DNA from: an uncultured Actinomycetota bacterium | GTDB lineage: Bacteria > Actinomycetota > Actinomycetes > JAFAQI01 | NCBI GenBank assembly: GCA_963770565.1 | Contig: CAVYQE010000001.1 | Coordinates: forward strand, 768,001 to 832,000 | DNA: 64,000 bases | Direction: 5' to 3' | Shown here: one piece after another, positions 59,478-64,000 of the stretch | Layout: each line of letters begins with the position of its first letter | How positions within the stretch are numbered: position 1 is the first letter of the stretch | Program-made: the position numbers and the translations under genes | Notes under the pieces: generated by a model | Told to the model about the DNA's origin: nothing | The model's input: the letters and a program-made list of their open reading frames with translations, nothing else | The model's database searches: none

Positions 59478-60176
59478 CTAACCGAGGTGGCTGCGCAGGA
59501 AGCTGACCGCGCGTTGCCAGGCGAGGTCGGCGTACTCCGCGTTGTAGGTGCCCATCTTGTCCAAGTGGTTGTGGAAGGCATGGCCGGCCGGATAGAAGAA
59601 GAACTCGACCTCGGTCCCGGATTCTTCGCGGATCTGGGCCTCCTGGGCACGCGCCGCGTCGGCCGGGTAGAACGCGTCCTGCTCGGCGTAGTGGCCCTGG
59701 ACCGCGGCGGTGATGCCGGCGTACTGGTCCGGGACCGCGGCTCCCACGCCGTAGAACGGGACGGCGGCACCGATTTTCTCGCCTTGCTGGGCGGCTAGCA
59801 GGAGCACGAACCCGCCGCCCATGCAGAAGCCGATCGCACCGATCCGGCTGGAGGTCACTGCCTCGTGGCCGAGCAGGAAGTCGACCGCCCCACCGAGGTC
59901 GCGAGCCGCCTGGTCGACCGGAAGCGCGGACATCATCTGGCCGGCCTCGTCGGCGTCGTGGGCGACCTTGCCGCCGAACAGGTCAGGCGCAAGGGCCACG
60001 AAGCCTTCCGCGGCCAGCCGGTCGGCGGCGCCGGCGATGTAGTCGTCGAGCCCCCACCACTCCTGGATGACGATGACGCCGGGACCGCGGCCGGACGGGG
60101 GAAGCGCGAGGTAGCCGTGTGCATGGCCGCCGTTGCTCGGGAATTCGACGTTCTGGTGCGGGGTCTGGTCTGCCAT
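59478..60176 (-). CDS. Dienelactone hydrolase family protein
   Basis: VIQEWWG, APDLF, GFCMGG, FYG, GHAF. Confidence 0.93.
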   Translation of the reverse strand: MADQTPHQNVEFPSNGGHAHGYLALPPSGRGPGVIVIQEWWGLDDYIAGAADRLAAEGFVALAPDLFGGKVAHDADEAGQMMSALPVDQAARDLGGAVDFLLGHEAVTSSRIGAIGFCMGGGFVLLLAAQQGEKIGAAVPFYGVGAAVPDQYAGITAAVQGHYAEQDAFYPADAARAQEAQIREESGTEVEFFFYPAGHAFHNHLDKMGTYNAEYADLAWQRAVSFLRSHLG

Positions 60177-60249
60177 GGGTCGGTCCTTCGCGTCGGCGGA
60201 GCATGCAGTCTTGCCTGTCTGTGACCTTACGTCGGAGGCACGTACCGGG

Positions 60250-61950
60250 CTACGTACTACCCGGAGTGATCGCGCGCAGCCGTGCGTGGAGCGCGGCATT
60301 GTCGGCACGGTCGGTGCGGACCTCGATCAGCCGCGACCCGTCGTACGTCGACAGCGCGCCGGCGAGCGCTGCGGGGGAGTCGACCAGTACGTGCGCGATG
60401 TCGAAGGCGGCCGCGAGCCGCTTGAGCGACATGCCATGCGGTGTGCCGAACAGCCGCTCGAACGCGGCCGGGTCGACCGCGATTCCCTGCGGTAGCAGCG
60501 AAAAGATCCCGCCCCCGTCATTGTTGATCACGACGTAGGTAACGTCGGGCCGCGAATCGGGGCCGGGCAGCAAGCCGTTGACGTCGTGCAGCAGCGACAG
60601 GTCGCCGCACAGCGCCACCGTCGGGCCGTCGCCGGTGCGCGCGATCGAGACCCCTTGTGCGGTCGAGACAAAGCCGTCGATCCCGCTGACCCCGCGATTA
60701 GCCAGGATGCGGAGACCGTCCCGCGGCCGCATCACCAGGTCGAGGTCGCGGATCGGCATCGAGGATGCGACGACGAGCGCGCCGCCGTCGGGCACCAGTG
60801 TCGCGACGTCGCGGGCCACCCGTGGCTCGGTCAGGAGGTCTGACTCGTCGAGGACCGCATCGATGGCCGCACCCACTCGGCCGGCGGCCGCCGACCAGGC
60901 ATCCGCCCACTCCGGGTCGGCCGGAGTGATCTCGAGGCCGGCGAGCGCCTCGACCGGGCAGTACACGACCGCTTCGGCGGTCCGGGTGACGTCCCAGTTG
61001 CCGCTGTCCGGCGACATGACGACATGGCGCACGGTCGCCAGCCAGTCGAGCAGGGCCCGGGACAGCCCGATTCGCCCCACCACCACGACCAGGTCGGGCC
61101 GATGGGCCGCAGCGAAGTGTTGGTCGCGCAGCACGCCGTCGGTCGCGCGCAGCGCCATCGGGCCGCTGCGCGCACCACTGTGCGGCTCGGCGAGCAGCGG
61201 CCAGCGGGCGCGTTCGGCGAACCCGGTGACGGCATCGGCGATATCCACGCCGCAGCCGCCCGCGACCACGACGCCACGCCGTACACCGTCGAGCAAGGCA
61301 GCCAGCTCGGGCGGCGCCCGGACCCCCCGATGGTCCGAAGCCGGCTCGACGGGCTCGATCCGCTCGTTGAGGTCGTAGGGGAATCCGATCCCGTCGTCGA
61401 CCGGGATCAGCGGCTCGCGCAGTGGCAGGTTCAGGTGCACTGGGCCGGCCGGCGTCGAGCCGGCGCCGAGGCAGTGGCTCACTGCGGTCGAGACCAGCGA
61501 CCGCCACTTGGTGACGCGGTCCGGGCCTGATGCGGGCACCTCCGCGTCGCGGGCCCAGCGCACCGCCCCGCCGTACAGCCCGGCTTGGTCGATGGTCTGG
61601 TTTGCGCCGATGCCGCGCAGCTCGGGCGGCCGGTCGGCGGTCAGGACCAGCAGCGGCACGCGGGCGAGGTCTGCTTCGAGTACCGCGCCGTGGAAGTACG
61701 ACGCCGCCGTACCCGACGTGCACAAGACCGGTACGACGCAGCCGCTCGCCTTCGCGATCCCCAGCGCGAGATAGGCGGCCGATCGCTCGTCGATCCGCAC
61801 GTGGACGGACACCCGGGGGTCTTCGAGCAGCGCGAGCGCGATCGGGGTCGAGCGTGAGCCGGGTGCGACGACCGCATGTCGGACGCCGAGCCGGGCGAGC
61901 TCGTCGACCAGGACGAGGGCGAACGCCCGGCCGGCGTTCTCAGCGGGCAC
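60250..61950 (-). CDS. menD: SEPHCHC synthase
   Basis: APGSRSTP, DERSA, CTSGTA, ADRPPEL, ANQTIDQ, NRGVSGIDG, GDLS, NNDGGGIF. Confidence 0.97.
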   Translation of the reverse strand: MPAENAGRAFALVLVDELARLGVRHAVVAPGSRSTPIALALLEDPRVSVHVRIDERSAAYLALGIAKASGCVVPVLCTSGTAASYFHGAVLEADLARVPLLVLTADRPPELRGIGANQTIDQAGLYGGAVRWARDAEVPASGPDRVTKWRSLVSTAVSHCLGAGSTPAGPVHLNLPLREPLIPVDDGIGFPYDLNERIEPVEPASDHRGVRAPPELAALLDGVRRGVVVAGGCGVDIADAVTGFAERARWPLLAEPHSGARSGPMALRATDGVLRDQHFAAAHRPDLVVVVGRIGLSRALLDWLATVRHVVMSPDSGNWDVTRTAEAVVYCPVEALAGLEITPADPEWADAWSAAAGRVGAAIDAVLDESDLLTEPRVARDVATLVPDGGALVVASSMPIRDLDLVMRPRDGLRILANRGVSGIDGFVSTAQGVSIARTGDGPTVALCGDLSLLHDVNGLLPGPDSRPDVTYVVINNDGGGIFSLLPQGIAVDPAAFERLFGTPHGMSLKRLAAAFDIAHVLVDSPAALAGALSTYDGSRLIEVRTDRADNAALHARLRAITPGST

Positions 61951-62884
61951 TGAGGACGGCCTCGGCGTCCGCGTAGCGGCGCGCCCACCAGGCGGAGACC
62001 GCGTCGTCGGCCTGCTTCGTGGCGACCAGATCCGGCTCGGGCGCGCTCAGCAGGACCGGCAGCGTGCCGTCGACCGGGACCAGCGACTGCGAGCAGACGT
62101 CGCCGTCGAGCAGTGCCACCGTGCCCAGCCCGCACGCGTACGGGAGCTCCGGCAACGCGCCGGCCAGGGCAAGACCGGCCGCGATGCCGACCGACGTCTC
62201 GACCGCACTCGAGACCACGACCGGCAGGCCGCACGACTCCGCGACCTCGAGACAGGCGCGCACTCCGCCGAGCGGCTGGACCTTCAACACGACGACGTCC
62301 GCGGCCTCGAGGCCGGCGATGTGGCGCGGATCGCCGGCGTTGCGAACCGATTCGTCGGCGGCCAGCCGCACGTCGACCTGCCGGCGCAGCTGCGCCATGT
62401 CGGCGAGCGACGCGACCGGCTGCTCGGCGTACTCCAGGGTGAACGGCGCCAGGGCCGAAAGCGCTTCAGCGGCTTCCGCGAGCGACCAGGCGCCGTTCGC
62501 GTCGACCCGAAGCTGACCGGACGGGCCGAGCGCATCGCGCACCGCCTCGACCCGGGCGATGTCGTCGGCGAGGGTCTGGCCGGGCTCGGCGACCTTCACC
62601 TTGGCGGTGGTGCAGCTCGATGCGGCCACCATCGCGTGCGCCTGCTCCGGCCCGACCGCCGGCACGGTGGTGTTGACCGGGATCCGGGTGCGCAACGGCG
62701 GGGGCCAGCCGTGGTTGGCGGCCTCCTGTGCGGCCGCCAGCCAGTTCGCCGCGACCTCGGCGTCGTAGTCCGGGAACGGCGAGAACTCGCCCCATCCCGC
62801 CGGTCCGCTCAGCAGCATTCCGCGGCGTCGCTCCTGGCCCCGGAACCGGGTCCGCATGGCGACGTCGAAGGTGTGCGCGATCAC
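61940..62884 (-). CDS. menC: o-Succinylbenzoate synthase
   Basis: GEFSPF, KVK, RVDANG, EQP, ADES, LKVQPLGG. Confidence 0.94.
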   Translation of the reverse strand: MIAHTFDVAMRTRFRGQERRRGMLLSGPAGWGEFSPFPDYDAEVAANWLAAAQEAANHGWPPPLRTRIPVNTTVPAVGPEQAHAMVAASSCTTAKVKVAEPGQTLADDIARVEAVRDALGPSGQLRVDANGAWSLAEAAEALSALAPFTLEYAEQPVASLADMAQLRRQVDVRLAADESVRNAGDPRHIAGLEAADVVVLKVQPLGGVRACLEVAESCGLPVVVSSAVETSVGIAAGLALAGALPELPYACGLGTVALLDGDVCSQSLVPVDGTLPVLLSAPEPDLVATKQADDAVSAWWARRYADAEAVLSAR

Positions 62885-63777
62885 GCCAGCAACAGCCCCG
62901 CGGCGAGCAGCACCGCGACCGCCAGCTCCAGCCGGCCGGTCCCGCCGAGCGCCGGGATCAACGCCCGTCCGACGCCGCCGCCGCGCACTGCCGTCACCGG
63001 TTCCCGGGCGAGCGGTACGGCGAACACCACCAGCAGCGGCCACGCCGAGCGCGCCGCGAGCGGCTCACCGACGACCGCGAGCAGGACCCCGACCGCGACC
63101 GCGCTCACGAACAGCTGGCGGGTCCTGGCCTCGCCGAGCCGGACTGCGAGCGTGCGCTTGCCCGCGATCGCGTCGGTCGGCACGTCACGCAAGTTGTTGA
63201 CGACGAGGATTGCGACCGCGAGCACCCCGGTGGCAACCGCGGCCACCCACGCGGTCGCGGGCAGCATCTCGTGCTGGACGTAGGACGAGCCGAGGGTGGC
63301 GATCAGCCCGAAGAAGACGAAGACGAACACCTCGCCGAGCCCGGCCGACGCGTAGGGCCGGGGCCCGCCGCTGTAGCCCAGCAGGGAGATGAACGCGCCG
63401 AGCCCGATCAGCAGGAGCCACCACGACACCATCGCGGCGAGCGCGAAGCCGGCCGCGGCCGCGACGGCCATGACGAGCCCGACCGCGACGAGCATCGCCC
63501 GCGGTGTGACCAGGCCGCTCGCGACCGCCCGTCGAGGGCCGGCGCGCTGCACGGTGTCGACGCCGCGGACGCCGTCGAAGTAGTCGTTCGCATAGTTCAC
63601 GGCGACCTGGATCGCGAGCGCGACCACGACGACCAGCCCGAACCGGCCCCAGACGATCCCGTCCGGGCGGGCGCCGGCCGCGGTGCCGACCAGGACCGGA
63701 GCGACCGAGGCCGGCAGGGTGCGCGGGCGGGCGGCCTCGAACCAGACCTTGAGCCCGGTCGGCTGCTCCTCGCCCAC
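62881..63777 (-). CDS. menA: 1,4-Dihydroxy-2-naphthoate polyprenyltransferase
   Basis: ARPRTLPAS, NYANDYFD, NNLRD...GKRTLAV. Confidence 0.95.
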   Translation of the reverse strand: MGEEQPTGLKVWFEAARPRTLPASVAPVLVGTAAGARPDGIVWGRFGLVVVVALAIQVAVNYANDYFDGVRGVDTVQRAGPRRAVASGLVTPRAMLVAVGLVMAVAAAAGFALAAMVSWWLLLIGLGAFISLLGYSGGPRPYASAGLGEVFVFVFFGLIATLGSSYVQHEMLPATAWVAAVATGVLAVAILVVNNLRDVPTDAIAGKRTLAVRLGEARTRQLFVSAVAVGVLLAVVGEPLAARSAWPLLVVFAVPLAREPVTAVRGGGVGRALIPALGGTGRLELAVAVLLAAGLLLA

Positions 63778-63821
63778 GCCGCGTCCTCTCCTCGATCGTG
63801 ACGACCTACCGTCATACAACG

Positions 63822-64000
63822 ATGCCAGCCGTACCCGCTCACCGCCTCGTCACCCTCGCGTTGCCGCCGGGCGAGGAGTTCGTCGCCGCGTTGGAGGCCG
63901 CCTGGGCGCGCGGCGATGCGGTGCTGCCGCTCGACCCCAACCTACCGACGGCGGCCGCCGATCGGCTGCTGGCGGCGATCCGGCCGGAACAGCCGATCGA
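63822..64000 (+). CDS. menE: Probable o-succinylbenzoate--CoA ligase, 5' part
   Basis: FVAALEAAWARGDAVLPLDPNLP; divergent from menA; truncated by window end. Confidence 0.65.
   Translation, partial: MPAVPAHRLVTLALPPGEEFVAALEAAWARGDAVLPLDPNLPTAAADRLLAAIRPEQPI

Overview
High-GC actinobacterial chromosomal window, mostly core genes in an order familiar from actinomycetes: sucCD, purNH-folD, icd-mdh, trpS, cspA, dacB-like, ybdK-amidohydrolase-GGCT-lpdA, accA...accE-pccB-birA, GtrA, purKE and menF/D/C/A/E. Accessory content falls into four blocks. (i) A small block at 22.5-25.4 kb. (ii) An ABC-exported, CDP-ribitol-type surface-polymer locus at 28.4-35.0 kb, with a second TagF-like paralogue at 47.8 kb. 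(iii) A ~6 kb array of short unrelated genes at 38.1-44.1 kb, including two orphan toxin-immunity genes. Its spacers share a repeated bulged hairpin (GTRCCGATATC-N7/9-ACGATGGTCGGCAC) and a recurrent TGCCGTT/AACGGCA core, suggesting an integron-cassette-like system with no recombinase in the window. This is the best candidate for an undescribed system. (iv) A DUF222-HNH gene whose promoter has both a perfect LexA box and an exact PafBC (RecA-NDp) motif. No rRNA, tRNA or CRISPR array was seen. All family calls come from motif recognition by eye, not database searches.
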